Positions 12,825 through 25,744 of a stretch of 64,000 bases of DNA are shown here, piece by piece. A program made the position numbers and the translations under genes. This stretch comes from Squalus acanthias (taxonomy: Eukaryota). The notes under the pieces are model-generated. The model saw nothing but the letters and a program-made list of their open reading frames with translations, had not been told where the DNA came from and searched no databases. The stretch covers positions 1,426,001 through 1,490,000 of the forward strand of contig JASTWF010000034.1 of NCBI GenBank assembly GCA_030390025.1, written 5' to 3'. The stretch's first letter is position 1; each line of letters starts with the position of its first letter.

Positions 12825-15800
12825 ATTAGAGAGATGAATGCGTAACTCAAAGACTGGTATGGGAGAAATTGGTTTCGCTTCCTGGGGCACTAGCCCCATT
12901 ACTGGGGAAAGTGGGATCTGTACCGTTGGGTTGGTCTTCACCTGAACCGTGCTGGGACCAGTGTTCTGGTGAGTCATATAACTAGGGCGGTGGAGAGGGC
13001 TTTCAACTAAATATTGGGGGCCAGGGATCACATCTGGGAAGATGTGGTAATTCAAAGAGTAGAAACAAGACAAGAGAGAAAGGTATTAATATGGGAAATG
13101 ATAAACAGACCGTGACGGGAAGGGATAGAGAGTACAAATCTAAGAGTAAATCAACAGATAAGGCTAAAGGTTACAAAAATAATAAAAGGACAAAACTGTA
13201 GGCTCTGCATCTGATTGCACGAAGCATTCGAAACAAAACAGATGAACTGATGGCGTAAATAGAATTAAATAAGTACAATCTGAAAGCCATTACAGAGACA
13301 TGGCTGCAGGATGACAAACATTGGGACCTGAATATTGAAGGGTACATGATATTTAGGAAAAAGTGGAGGGGTGGCTCTGTAAATTAATAATGGTATTAGT
13401 GCAATAGAGGGATGACTTAAGTTCAGGAAACCAGGATGCAGAAGCGGTTTGTGTAGAGATGAGAAATGATGAAGGCAAGAAGTCATTTGTGGAAGTGGTG
13501 TACAGGCCCCCTAACAGTCACCACACGTTAGGATGGAGTATCAAGGAAGAAATAATGGGAGCTTGTCAGAAAGGTACGGCAATAATCATGGGGGATTTTA
13601 ATCTACATATAGATGGAAAAATCAGATGGGCAAAGGTAGCCTAGATGAGGAGTTCATAGAATGTTTTTGGGACAGTTTCTTAGAACACGTTCTGGAGCCA
13701 ACCAGAGAGCAGGCTATAGTAGACCTGGTATTGTGAAACTAGATCAGATTAATTAATGACCACATAGTGAAGGTGCCCCTAGGTCGCAGCGATCATAATA
13801 TGATTGAATTTTACATTCAGTTTGAGGGAGAGAAGATTTGGTCCAAGACTAGTTTTTTTTAACTTAAATAAGGGCAATTATGAGGGCATGATAGCAGAGC
13901 TAGCTAAAGTGAACTGGCAAACTAGAGTAAGCGATAGGTCAATAGAGCTGCAGTGGCAGACATTTAATGGGATATTTCAGAATACACAGAATAGATCCAG
14001 TCCAACGAGAAAGAAAAATTCCAAGGGGGGGGACCCACCATCCGTGGTTAACTAAAAAAGTTAGATAGTATCAAACTTAAAGAAAAATCATATAATTGTG
14101 AAAAGATGGGTGGCAGGTCAGAAGATTGGACAGAATATAAACAAACAGCAAATAATTACTAACAGATTAATAAGGAGAGAAAAATGAGAGTACGAGAGAA
14201 AGCTAGCTAGAAATATAAAAACAGATAGTAAGAGTTTCTATAGATATTCTAAAAAGAAAAGATTTAACAAAGGGAGCGTTGGTCCTTAAAAAGTGAGTCT
14301 GGGGAATTAATAATGGAAAATAAGGAGATGGCAGTTGAATTGAACAGGAATTTTGCATCGGTCTTCACTATAGAGGATACAAATAACATCCCAGAAACAG
14401 CTGTAAATCAGGAAATGGAAGGGAGGGAGGAAGTCAAGAAAATTACAATGACCAGGGAAGTAGTATTGAGGAAATTGTTGGAGATGCGGGCTGACAAGTC
14501 CCCGGGTCCTGATGGACTTCATCCTAGTGTCTTAAAAGAAGTAGCTAGTGAGATAGTTGATGCGTTGGTTTTAATTTTCCAAAATTCCCTAGATTCGGGG
14601 AAGGTTCCATTAGATTAGAAAATAGCGATTGTAACTCCTTTAGTCAAAAAGTGAGGGAGACAGAAAGCAGGAAACTACAGGCCAGTTACCTTAACACCTG
14701 TCTTAGGGAAGATGCTAGAAACTATTATTAAAGACGTTATAGCAGGGCACTTGTAAAAGTTCAAGGTAATCAGGCAGAGTCAGCATGGTTTTGTGAAAGG
14801 GAAATCAGGTTTAACCAATTTATTGGAGTTCTTTGAGGAAGTAACATGTGCTGTGGATAAAGGGGAACCGCTGGATGTACTGTACTTAATTTTCCAGAAG
14901 GCATTTGATAAGGTGCCACATCAAAGGTTATTTCAGAAAATAAAATCTCATGGTGTAGGGGGTAACATATTGGCATGGATAGAAGATTGGCTAGCTAACC
15001 GGAAACCGAGTGTAGGCATAAATGGGTCATTTTCTGCTTAGCAAATGTAATGTGTAGTGTGCCACAGGGATAATGCTGGGGCCTCAACTTTTTACAATTT
15101 TTATAAATGACTTGGATGAAGGGACTGAAGGTATGGTTGCTAAATTTGCTGATGACAAAAAGATAGGTAGGAAAGTCAATTGTGAAGAGGACATATGGAG
15201 GCTACAAAGGTATATAAATAGGTTAAGTGAGTGGGCAAAGATCTGGCAAATAGAGTATAATGTGTGAAAATGTGCAATTGTGCATTTTGGCAGGAAAAAT
15301 AAAAAATAAGCATATTATTTAAATGGTGAGAGATTGCAGAGCTTTGAGATGCAGAGGGTTCTGGGTGTCCGAGTGCATGAATCACAAAAGGTTAGTACGC
15401 AGGTACAGCAAGTAATTAGGACAGCTAATAGAATGTTAAAGTTTATTGCGAGGGGAATTGAAAACAAAAGTAGGGAGTTTATGCTTCAGTTATAGAGGGC
15501 ATTGGTGAGACCACATCTGGAGTACTGAGTACAGTATTAGTCTCCTTATCTAAGGAAGGATGTAAATGCGTTGGAAGCAGTTCAGAGAAGGTTTACTAGA
15601 CTAATACCTGGAATGGGCGGGTTGTCTTATGAGGAAATGTTGGGCAGGCTAGGCTTGTCTCCACTGGAGTTTAGAAGAGTAAGAGGTGACTTGATTGAAA
15701 CCTATAAGATCCTGAGGTGTCTTGACAGGGTGGATGCGGAGAGGATGTTTCCTCTTGTGGGAGAATCTAGAATTATGGGTCGCTGTTTAAAAATAATGGA

Positions 15801-16070
15801 GCGCCCATTTTAGACAGAGATGAGGAGAATGTTTTTTCTCAGAGGGTCGTGAGTCTTTGGAACTCTCTTCCTCAGAGGGCGGTGGAAGCAGAGTCTTTGA
15901 ATATTTTAAGGCGGACGTAGATATATTCTTGATAAGCAAGGGGGTGAAAGGTTATCGGGGGTTGGATGGGAATGTGGAGTAATCAGATCAGCCATGATCT
16001 TATTGAATGTCGGAACAGGCTTGAGGGTCCGAATGGCCGACTCCTGCTCCTAATTCGTATGTTCGTTATG
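12825..16070 (+). mobile_element. Long CR1 LINE (end of ORF1 esterase, full-span ORF2 EN+RT, 3' tail), disrupted
   Basis: GLHLN-type ORF1 end; VVYRPP, IMGDFN, KSPGPDGLHP, QHGF.KGKS.LTNLLEFFEE, KAFDKVPH, FADD; many stops; tail attcgtatgttcgttatg. Confidence 0.93.
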
Positions 16071-16088
16071 TACCTGCCCCGGGGGGAT

Positions 16089-16875
16089 TGGGAGGGGCTT
16101 GGCCGCTTTAACATTTTTCCAGGCTGCTCTTTGATTGATTGGCTCCCTGCTCCTGTGTGATGTCACTTGGAAACAAGGCCCCATCCCTGGTTACGGCCCA
16201 ACAGTGGATGTCAGTGTGGGAGGAGCTGGAGTGACAGCTGACACTGGGGGTGAGTTTCGTCCCAATAAACAGGGCAAAGAGCTGAAAGGAACAATTTAAT
16301 ATTAATGTAAGTAATTCAAATACACATTAATTGCAAATATAATGAAATTAGATGCAATCCCAGTCACAAAAACAGCCCCACTGTATTCCAGGTACAGGAT
16401 CTGGGATTAATATGAATCATGTTTCTATTGACAGTCTCTGGGAGTGAGCAATATCTCAGGAAGGTGGAGAGAGAGAAGTCGAATCATTCCCTCACTCACT
16501 GGGACTAGAGAAATGTCTCTGGTTTCACAGAGCAGATCTGGTGGGATCGAGACCCCCGTGTCGGAGACGGGATAAAACGGGAAGCTTCAACAACGATTGG
16601 AAAGGTAGGAAATTCACTGAAAATCCCATCAGCCCAGGATTTTGCTGAGGTGAGAGTCTAACCAGATACTGGGAGCGGTTCAACATCTGCCATCAGGCTC
16701 GGCCTTTGATATGGCAAGTTGAGCGGAGCTTAACTCGGAGATAAACCTTGCCCGTACCCCACCCGGGAGTGTTTGACACTTACATGTAGTGAGATCTTTA
16801 TTCTGTATTCACCCCATGCTGTACCCGAGCTGGTTGTGCTTCATTGGGAAGTGTCAAGTGAGCTGTACGCTGCAT
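16089..16875 (+). other. Duplicated promoter-like and two-exon module, copy 2 (donor at 16250; exon 16435-16649)
   Basis: Homologous to 7066-7820 with all three splice signals kept, plus an extra segment containing ATTGG. Confidence 0.6.
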
Positions 16876-18232
16876 TGAACACAAAAAGTATCAGAGTTGG
16901 TTGTGTTGATGAAACAAATTGGAGGGAAATTTACTCTGTAGCTAATCCGTGCTGTTCCTGTCCAGGGACTGTTTGGTGGGACAGTGTATAGGGAACTTTA
17001 CTCTGTATCTAACCCGTGCTGTACCTGCCCTGGGACTGTTTGATGGGACAGTGTAGAGGGAGCTTTACTCTGTATCTAACCTGCGCTGGGCCTGTTTGGT
17101 GGGCAGTGTAGAGGGAGCTTTACTCTGTATCTAACCCGTTCTGTACCTGCCCTGGGAATGTTTGGTGGACAGTGTAGAGGGAGCTTTACTCTGTATCTTA
17201 CCCGTGCTGTACCTTCCCTGGGACTGCTTGGTGGGGCAGTGTAGAGGGAGCTTTACTCTGTATCTTACCCGTGGTGTACCTGCCCTGGGACTTTTTGGTG
17301 CGGCAGTGTAGAGGGAGCTTTACTTTGTATCTAACACGTGCTGTACCTGCCCTGGGAGTGTTTGGTGCGGAAGTACAGAGGGAGCTTTACTTTGTATCTA
17401 ATCCGTGCTGTACCTGCCCTGGGACTGTTTGATGAGACAGTGTAGAGGGAGCATTACTCTGTATCTAACCCACTGTACCTGCCCTGGGAATGTTTGTTGG
17501 GGCATCGTAGAGGGAGCTTTTCTCTGTATCTAACCCGTGCTGTACCTTCCCTGGGAATGTTTGGTGGGGCAGTGTAGAGGGAGCTTTTCTCTGTATCTAA
17601 CCCGTGCTGTACCTTCCCTGGGAGTGTTTGATGAGACAGTGCAGAGGGAGCTTTACTCTGCATCTAACCCACTGTCCCTGCCCTTGGAATGTTTGGTGGG
17701 GCTGTGTAGAGGGAGCTTTACTCTGTAGCTAACCCGTGCTGTACCTGCCCTGGGACTGTTTGGTGGGACAGTGTAGAGGGAGCTTTACTCTGTATCTAAC
17801 CCGTGCTGTACCTGCCCTGGGACTGTTTGATGGATAGTGTAGAGGGAGCTTTACTCTGTATCTACCCTGCGCTGGGCCTGTTTGGTGAGCAGTGTAGTGG
17901 GAGCTTTACTCTGTATCTAACCCGTGCTGTACCTGCCCTGGGAATGTTTGGTGGACAGTGTAGAGGGAGCTTTACTCTGTATCTAACCCGTGCTGTACCT
18001 GCCCTGGGAGTGTTTGGTGGGGCAGTGTAGCGGGAGCTTTACTCTGTAACTAACCCGTGCTGTACCTGCCCTGGGAGTGTTTGATGGGGCAGTGTAGAGG
18101 GAGCTTTACTTTGTATCTAACCCGAGGTGTATCTGCTCTGGGTATGTTTGGTGGGGCAGTGTAGAGGGAACTTTACTTTGTATCTAATCCACTGTACCTG
18201 CCCTGGAGGTATTTGATGAGAGCTTTACTTTG
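16875..18232 (+). repeat. 67-bp satellite array
   Basis: Tandem gagggagctttactctgtatctaacccgtgctgtacctgccctggg units. Confidence 0.95.
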
Positions 18233-18234
18233 TA

Positions 18235-19265
18235 ACAGGGGATTACATGGGGTATACAGCACAGAACCAGGCCATTCAGCCTAACCAGTCCATGCCAGCG
18301 TTTAGGCTCCACTCGAGCCGCCTCCCGTCTTACCTCAACTAATTCTATCAGCGTAACCCTCTATTCCCTTCTCCCACATATGCTTATCCAACTGCCCCTT
18401 AAATGCATCAATACTATTCGCTTCAACCACTCCCTGTGGTACCGAGTTCCACATTCTCACCACTCTCTGGGTAAAGAGGTTTCTTCTGAATTCCCTTTTT
18501 GATTTCTTGGTGACTACCTTATATTGATGGCCTCTAATTTAGCTGTTCCCCACAAGTGGAAACATTCTCTCTGTATCCATTCCATCAAAACCTTTCCTCA
18601 TTTTAAAGAGCTTTATCAGGTCACCCCTCAGCCTTCAAGAGAAAGGAGACCCAATGTTTTCATCCGTTCCTGATATGTATTTTGTTTTATTCGTTTAAGG
18701 GATCTGGGCGCCGCTGGCAAGGCCAGCATTTATTGCCTATTCCGAGTTGCCCTTGAGAAGGTGGTGGTGAGCCGCCTTCTTGAACCGCTGCAGTCCGTGT
18801 GGTGATGGTGCTCCCACAGTGCTGTTAGGGAGGGAGTTCCAGGATTTTAACCCAGCGACGATGAAGGATCGGCGATATACTTCTAAATCACCCTACCTTT
18901 TCTGGTATTATCCATGTAAATCTTCTCTGCACCCTCTCCAGTGCCTCTATCCTTTTTAGAATACAGCGACCAGAACTGTTCACAGTTTTCCAAGTGTGTT
19001 CGATACAAGTTTAACATAAATTCACTACTTTTCAATTCTACCTTCCCAGATATAAACCCGAGTGATTGGTTTGCTTTGTATGGCCTTATTAACCTGTGTC
19101 GCTACTTTCAGTGATTTGTGTATTTGCACTCCGAGATTCCTTTGCTCCTCTACCCCATTTAGATTCTTATTTTCCAAGTAATATGTGACGTCTCTACATT
19201 TCTTACCAAAATGTAACACCTCAGATTCATCTGTGTTAAATTTCATTTGCCAATTATATGCCCAT
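18235..19265 (-). mobile_element. Decayed CR1 3' portion with a nested LINE/SINE 3'-end fragment (~18680-18890)
   Basis: MKFNTDESEVLHFG..EQRNLGVQIHKSLK; the nested gcatttattgcc..gagaaggtggtggtgagc segment recurs at about 37440 and 45030. Confidence 0.75.
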
Positions 19266-19444
19266 TAAAGAGCTATTAGAAATAGATAATAAATAATATC
19301 AATCAGTAAAGCAAATCTATGACTATTACTATAATATTTACGCCTCCTATGCCTGTCTCTCTCAATCCCTCTCCCACAGAATTATAAAATGTCTCTTTGA
19401 CGATAACAGGCCATTCGGCCCAACCAGTCCATGCCATATTCCAG

Positions 19445-20129
19445 GTCTCCAATCCACTGGGATCTGCCTGAGAGGACAAAGATGGTTATTGTGTCAACCT
19501 GTAATCCAGGCTCCATTCACCGGGTGAGAATCAGGCAAACTCAGCACAGGCCGGGGATGGAGCCTGGGCCTTTCCTGCTCTGTGTGTGGGGGTCACAGTC
19601 CCTCACCGGGGGAGATTAGGCTAACTCAGCACAGGCCGGGGATGGAGCCTGGGCCTTTCCTGCTCTGTGTGTGGGGGGATCTCAGTAACCAATCCGGGAG
19701 GGGACATTTCAGGGGTGAGCACCCATCATTGTGTGGGTCTAATTGCCGCCTCTCTCTCTTGCAGTTAGTCTCGGAGTTCGTGACTGATCAGAATGGCCCG
19801 CTGCTGCCCCGCGCACCCCACACGTTCAAGATGGACGACCTGCTGGCGGAGATGCAGGAGGTTGAGAACTGAAGGCTTTGACATGCTTCGCAGTGAGGTA
19901 AGATCACCCCTGGGAGCAGAGGGCCAAATCAGCACAGGCCGGGGATGGAGCCTGGGTGTTTCCTGCCCAGATTCGGGCCCTGTTTTCACACCCCAAGCCC
20001 CCGTTGTGGCAGAGCTGGCGATGTCGGGGACCTGGGTCGAGGAGTTTCCGGCCACCGAGCTGACGGCAGACACATCGCAGGCCGACAGTGAAGCCGATTG
20101 GTCAATGGAGTTCATCGCCCAGGTGACCG
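19445..20129 (+). pseudogene. PEX5: PEX5 (peroxisomal PTS1 receptor) partial unprocessed pseudogene: exons 19445-19480, 19765-19897, 19998-20129
   Basis: Spliced translation VSNPLGSA*EDK / [41 protein letters not shown] / APVVAELAMSGTWVEEFPATELTADTSQADSEADWSMEFIAQVT aligns without gaps to the vertebrate PEX5 N-terminus as recalled ([37 protein letters not shown]). AG/GT sites are present except the first donor. Four in-frame TGA codons. Confidence 0.9.
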
Positions 20130-20149
20130 GTATGTGGACGGGACACTCA

Positions 20150-20757
20150 GCATCGTGGGTAGAGTGTCACTGAGCCCGGGCATTGTGGGCGCAGGATCAT
20201 TGACACTGGGCATTGTGGGTACAGGGCCACTGGCCCCGGGCATTGTGGGTACAGAGTCACTGACACTGGGCATTGTGGGTACAGGGCCACTGACCCCGGG
20301 CATTGTGGGTACAAGGCCACAGACCCCGGCATTGTGGGTACAGAGTCACTGACACTGTGTATTGTGGGTACAAGGTCACTGACCCCGGGCATTGTGGGTA
20401 CAGAGTCACTGACACTGGGCATTGTGGGTACAGGGTCACTGACCCCGGGCAATATGGGCACAGGATCATTGACATGGGCATTGTGGGTACAGGGTCACTG
20501 ACACTGGGCATTGTGGGTATAGAGTAACTCGCCTTGGGCATTGTGGGTACAGGGTCACTGACCCCGGTCATTATGGACACAGGGTCACTGACACTGGGCA
20601 TTCTGGGTACAGGGTCACTGAAACTGGGCATTGTGGGTACAGGGCCACTGTCCCAGACCATTATGGACACAGGGCCACTGACCCTGGGCATTTTGGGTAC
20701 AGGGCCACTGACCCTGGGCATTGTGGGTACAGGGCCACTGACCCTGGGCATTGTGGT
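20150..20757. repeat. 30-bp minisatellite (GGGCATTGTGGGTACAGGGTCACTGACACT)n
   Basis: Tandem units; 10-aa period GIVGTGSLTL. Confidence 0.93.
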
Positions 20758-20789
20758 TAAGGTCCTGAGGGTGATTACGGCCCCTCTGA

Positions 20790-23700
20790 CTGTTTCACTT
20801 TAAATGGTGTTTGACTTCTGAGTAGAGCGATAATTTTGGAAGTCTCTTATTGGGCATGCGGACGATGTGGCCCGGCCATCGGAGCTGATCGAGCGTGGTC
20901 AAAGCTTCGATGCTGGGGATGTTGGCCTGAGCGAGAACGCTGAAGTTGGTGCGCCTATCCTGCCAATGGATTTGCAGGATCTTGCGGAGGCAGCATTGGT
21001 GGTACCTCTCCAGTGCTTTGAGGTACCTGCTGTACATGGTCCATGTCTCTGAAGCATACAGGAGGTTGGGTATCACTACTGGTCTGTAGACCATGAGCTT
21101 GGGGCTGGGTTTGAGGTCCTGGTCTTTAAACATTCTCTTCCTCAGGCGACCGAAGGCTGCACTGGCAAACTGAAGGCGGTGTTGGACTTTGTCATCGACG
21201 TCTCCCCTTGTTGACGCTGGGCTCCCGAGATATGGAAAGTGGTCCACGTTGTCCAAGGCCTCGTCATGGATTTTGACATGGGGGAGCTGTACTTGTGGCG
21301 GGTTGGTGGAGGACCTTTGTCTTACGGATGTTTAGTGTAAGGCCCATGCTCTCGTACGCTTCGGTGAAGATGTTGTTGATGGTTTAGAGTTCGACTGCTG
21401 AGTGAGCACAGATGCAAGCGTCGTCTGCATACTGTAATTCGATGACAGAGGATGGAACGACCTTGGATCTGGACTGGAGACGATGGAGTTTGTACAGTTT
21501 CCTATTTGTTCTGTAGATTAGCTCCACTCCGGCGGGGAGCTTACTGAGGGTGAGATGGAGCATTGCAGCCAGAAAGAACGAGAAGAGCTTTGTTGCGATG
21601 ACACAGCCTTGCTTGACACCGGTCCGTACATGAATTGGGTCTCTGGTGGATCTGTTTGTCAGGATTACAGCTTGAATGTCGTCGTGAAGCAGGCGGAGGA
21701 TGGTGACAAACTTTTGAGGGCAGCTGAATTTGAGGAGGATACTCCATAATCCCTCACGGTTGATGGTGTCGAAGGCCTTTGAGGTCAAAGAAGACCATGT
21801 ACAGCGGTTGGTGCTGTTCCCTGCATTTCTCTTGTAGTTGACGCGCGGTGAAGATCATGTTCATTGTGCCCCTTAGAGGGCGTAATCCGCATTGCGACTC
21901 TGGGAGGAGCTCTTCAGCCACTGGGAGAAGGCGATTGAGGAGGATTCTTGCGATGACTTTCCCTGTGGCAGACAGCAGGGAGACTGCTCTGTAATTACCA
22001 CAATCAGACTTGTCACCTTTCTTGAAGATGGTCACGATTACGGCGTCTCTGAGATCCCCTGGCATGCTCTCCTCCTTCCAAATAAGAGAAATGAGTTCAT
22101 GTATTCGCACCAATAATACTTCTTCACCATGTTTTAGCGCCTCGGCGGGGATTCCATCTGCTCCTGAGGCCTTGTTGTTCTTCAGTTGTCGGATGGCCTT
22201 TTCAACCTGAGGTTGTGCTGAGGTGGTTGCGGGCAGAATGCTGCGGGATGGAGTTGAGGACACTCGCATCGAAGACAGAGTTTCGGTTAAGGAGATCTTC
22301 GAAGTGCTCCTTCCAGCGGGCACTGTCTGCCTCTCTATCCTTGATGAGTACCTCTCCATTCTTAGCCCGCAGTGGGGTAGGACCATGGGTGCTTGGGCAG
22401 TAGGTGGTCTTGAATGCGCTAAAGAATCCACGCACGTCGTGGTTGACGGCTAGCTGCTGGATCTCCTGCGCTTTCTCCACCCACCATCTGTTCTTAGGTC
22501 GCGAGTTTTTTGTTGGACCTCGGCCTTCAATGTCTGTAGAGCTGCTTTCTGGCTCTCGAGTTCTGTTACTGTTTCCAGATTAGCAATGCCTTGCCCTTGC
22601 GACTTATTAGCTCCTGGATCTCCTGGTCGTTCTTGTTGAACCAGTCTTGATTTTTCCTGGTCGAGTGACCGAGCGTCTCTTCACAGGTGCTGATTATGGA
22701 GGCCTTGAGTGCAGACCAGGCGCCGTGGACACTCTGTGTCTCTGAATCACTGGGAGTCGTCAGGGTGGTTGTGAGGCGCAGGCTGAATAGGGCTTTCTTA
22801 GCAGGGTCTTTGAGTGCTCCAGCGTTGATTTTCCTGCGGCATTGCATCTGTTGCCGCCGCTGTTTTGGGGCTACGTTGATGGAGATGACAGAGCTGATTA
22901 GGCAGTGGGCTGTCCAGCAGTCGTCAGCTCCTGTCATGGCACAGGTGATGTGGACGTCCTTGCGGTCCCTCGCTCGGGCGATGACGTAGTCCAACAGATA
23001 CCAGTGCTTTGAGCGAGGGTGTTGCCATGAAGCCTTGTACTTGTCTCTCTGACGGAACAAGGTGTTGGTTATGACAAGGCCATGTTCTTAGCATTTCTTC
23101 AGGAGGAGGGTACCATTGGAGTTGGCTTTCCCTACCCCCTCTCTGCCGATCACACCTCCCCAGAGGTCTGTGTCCTTTCCACCTCTGGTGTTGAAGTCGC
23201 CAAGGTGGATCAACTTGTCGACCATTGGGACTCAGGACAGGGATTGTTCGAGGCTGGAGTAGAATTCGTCTTTGGTCTTGTCTGTGGCTTCCAGTGTTGG
23301 GGCGGATGCACTGATGACCGTAGCGCACTGGTTCCGGGCTAGGTTGAGCCATGAGTGATGAGGCGTTCGTTTATTCCACAAGGGGAGTCTCTGAGACGTT
23401 TAACTAGCCCATTTTTTATGGCGACACCTACCCCATGGAGGCGGCGTTCTTCTTTAGGTTTGTCTTTCAAGAAGAAGGTGTAACCACAGCCTTGCTCCTT
23501 CAGCTGGCCTTCCTCTGGCCACTGGGTCTCGCTTAGGGCGGTGATGTCTATGTCGAAACGTCTGAGCTCCCGGGCAACGATAGCACAATGGCGTTCCGGT
23601 CTGTCGCTGTTGGGCTTGTCCATGAGGGTCCTGATGTTCCAGTACCCGAACTTCATTTTAAAGGGTCGAAGATACTGTGCGTGAATTTTTTTAACGTGGG

Positions 23701-23790
23701 GTGGCCATTGCACACCAGCTACCACACAGGCTTGACAGAGCAAGGTCTTGGTCCAATGGCAAGGGGATCCAAGACGATTGGAGACCAGGC
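20790..23790 (-). mobile_element. RTE-clade LINE, near full length (APE endonuclease + RT), frameshifted and 3'-truncated
   Basis: MKFGYWNIRTLMD..DITALSET..GYTFF; SWQHPRSKHWYLLDY; KASGADGIPAE; LPESQCGLRP; KAFDT; GVKQGCV; LQYADDA; FPYLGS. Confidence 0.93.
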
Positions 23791-23974
23791 TCTGCTACAT
23801 CGGCCGAGCACACACACACAAACCCACTCCTACTGTCCGCCTCCCTCTTCCCGCAGGTCCTCTCTGCCTGGGATTCATAAGCTGCAGTGTGGTCCTCCCG
23901 ACCCCGCTGCGCCACTCCTGGGCATCGACCTCTCCCCCGGGCCCCTCCCTCGCCCCCGGGCCCCGCCCTTCTCA

Positions 23975-24272
23975 TCGTGTGTCTCCTTCCAGTGAGTGTG
24001 TCCCACGGTGTGTCTCCTTCCAGTGAGTGTGTCCCGCGGTGTGTCTACTTCCAGTGAGTGTGTCCCGCGGTGTGCCTCCTTCCAGTGAGTGTGTCCCACG
24101 GACTCTCCTTCCAGTGAGTGTGTCCCGCGGTGTGTCTCCTTCCAGTGAGTGTGTCCCGCGGTGTGTCTCCTTCCAGTGAGTGTGTCCCGCGGTGTGTCTC
24201 CTTCCAGTGAGTGTGTCACGCGGTGTGTCTACTTCCAGTGAGTGTGGCCCGCGGTGTGTCTCCTTCTAGTGA
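23975..24272. repeat. 31-bp minisatellite (GTGTGTCTCCTTCCAGTGAGTGTGTCCCGCG)n
   Basis: About nine tandem units. Confidence 0.93.
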
Positions 24273-24688
24273 GGGAGCTTTATGCTGTATCTAACGTGTA
24301 CTGCACCTGCCCTGGGAGCGTTTGATGGGACAGAGTAGAGGGAGCTTTAATCTGTATCTAATCCATGCTGCACCCGCCCTGCGAGTGTTGATGGGACAGT
24401 ATAGAGGGAGCTTTACTCTGTCTAACTGTTGTTCTCCCTGTCCTGGACGGGTTTGATGGGACAGTGTAAAGGGAGTTTTACTCTGTATCACACCTTGTCT
24501 GAATGTGTCCTGGAAGTGTTTGATGGGATAGTGCAGACGGAGCTTTGCTCTGTTTCTAACTCCCGCTGTACCTGCCCTGGGAAAGTTTGATGGGACAGTG
24601 TAGAGGGAGCATTACTCTGTATCAAACGTGGTCTGAACCTGCCCTGGGCGTGTTTGATGGGGCAGTTTAGAGGAAGCTTTACTCTGCA

Positions 24689-25392
24689 CATTCACTTTCA
24701 ATGACTCATGTACAAGGACACCCAGGTCCCTTTGTGCATCTGCGTTCCCCAATCTTTCACCATTTAGGAAATACTCTGCCTTTCTGTTTTGTCTACCAAA
24801 CTGGATAACTTCACATTTATCGACATTATATTCCATCTGCCATGTTCACGCCCCTCACTGAGCCCTTTGAGATCCCCTTGAAGTCTCTTCGCATCTTCTT
24901 CACAACTGACACTGCCACCTAGCTTTGTATCATCAGCAAATTTGGAAATGTTACATTTAGTCCCCTCATCCAAATCCTTGGTATAGATTGTGAATAGCTG
25001 GGGCCCAAGCACCGATCCTTGCGGTACACCACAAGTCGCAGCCTGCCATCCTGAAAAAGATCCGTTTCTCCCTGCTCTTTGTTTTCTGTCTGTTAACCAA
25101 TTCTCAATCCATGCTAGTATATTACCCCCAATTCAATGTGCCCTCATTTTGTTCACCAACCTCTTGTGTGGGACCTTATCGAAGTTCTTATGAAAATCCA
25201 GATACACCACATCTACCGGTTCCCCTTTGTCTACTCCGCTAGTTAAATCCTCAAAGAACTCCAATATGTTTGTCAAACAGGATTTCCCTTTCATAAATCC
25301 ATGTTGACTCTGCCCAATCTTACTATTAGTTTCTAAGTGCCCAGTTATTGCATCCTTTATAATAGATTCCAGCATTTTCCCAACTACTGATC
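24689..25392 (-). mobile_element. CR1 RT internal fragment
   Basis: SQHGFMKGKSCLTN..VVYLDFHKNFDKVPH..LGPQLFTIY..KFADDTKLGG. Confidence 0.9.
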
Positions 25393-25744
25393 TACCTGCC
25401 CTAGGAACGTTTGATGGGACATTGTAGAGGGAGCTTTACTCTTTATCTAACCCGTGCTTTACCTGCCCTGGGAGTGTTTGATGGGACAGTGTCGAAGCAG
25501 CTTTACACTGTATCAAACGTGGTCTGAACCTGCCCTGGGAGTGTTTGATTGGACAGTGTAGAGGCAGCTTTACTCTGCATCTAATAGAAGCTGTACTTGC
25601 CCTGGGAGCATTTGATGCGACCGTGTCGAGAGAGCTTTACTCTGTATCTAACCCGTGTTGTACCTGCCCTGGGAGTGTTTGATGGGACATTGTAGAGGGA
25701 GCTTTATCTGTATCTAACCCGTGCTGTACCTGTCCTGGGAGTGC

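Noticed and set aside
23840..23975. GC-rich segment with cccgcag acceptor as the next PEX5 exon
   Set aside because: No frame gives the expected WAEEY-type motif; left unassigned.
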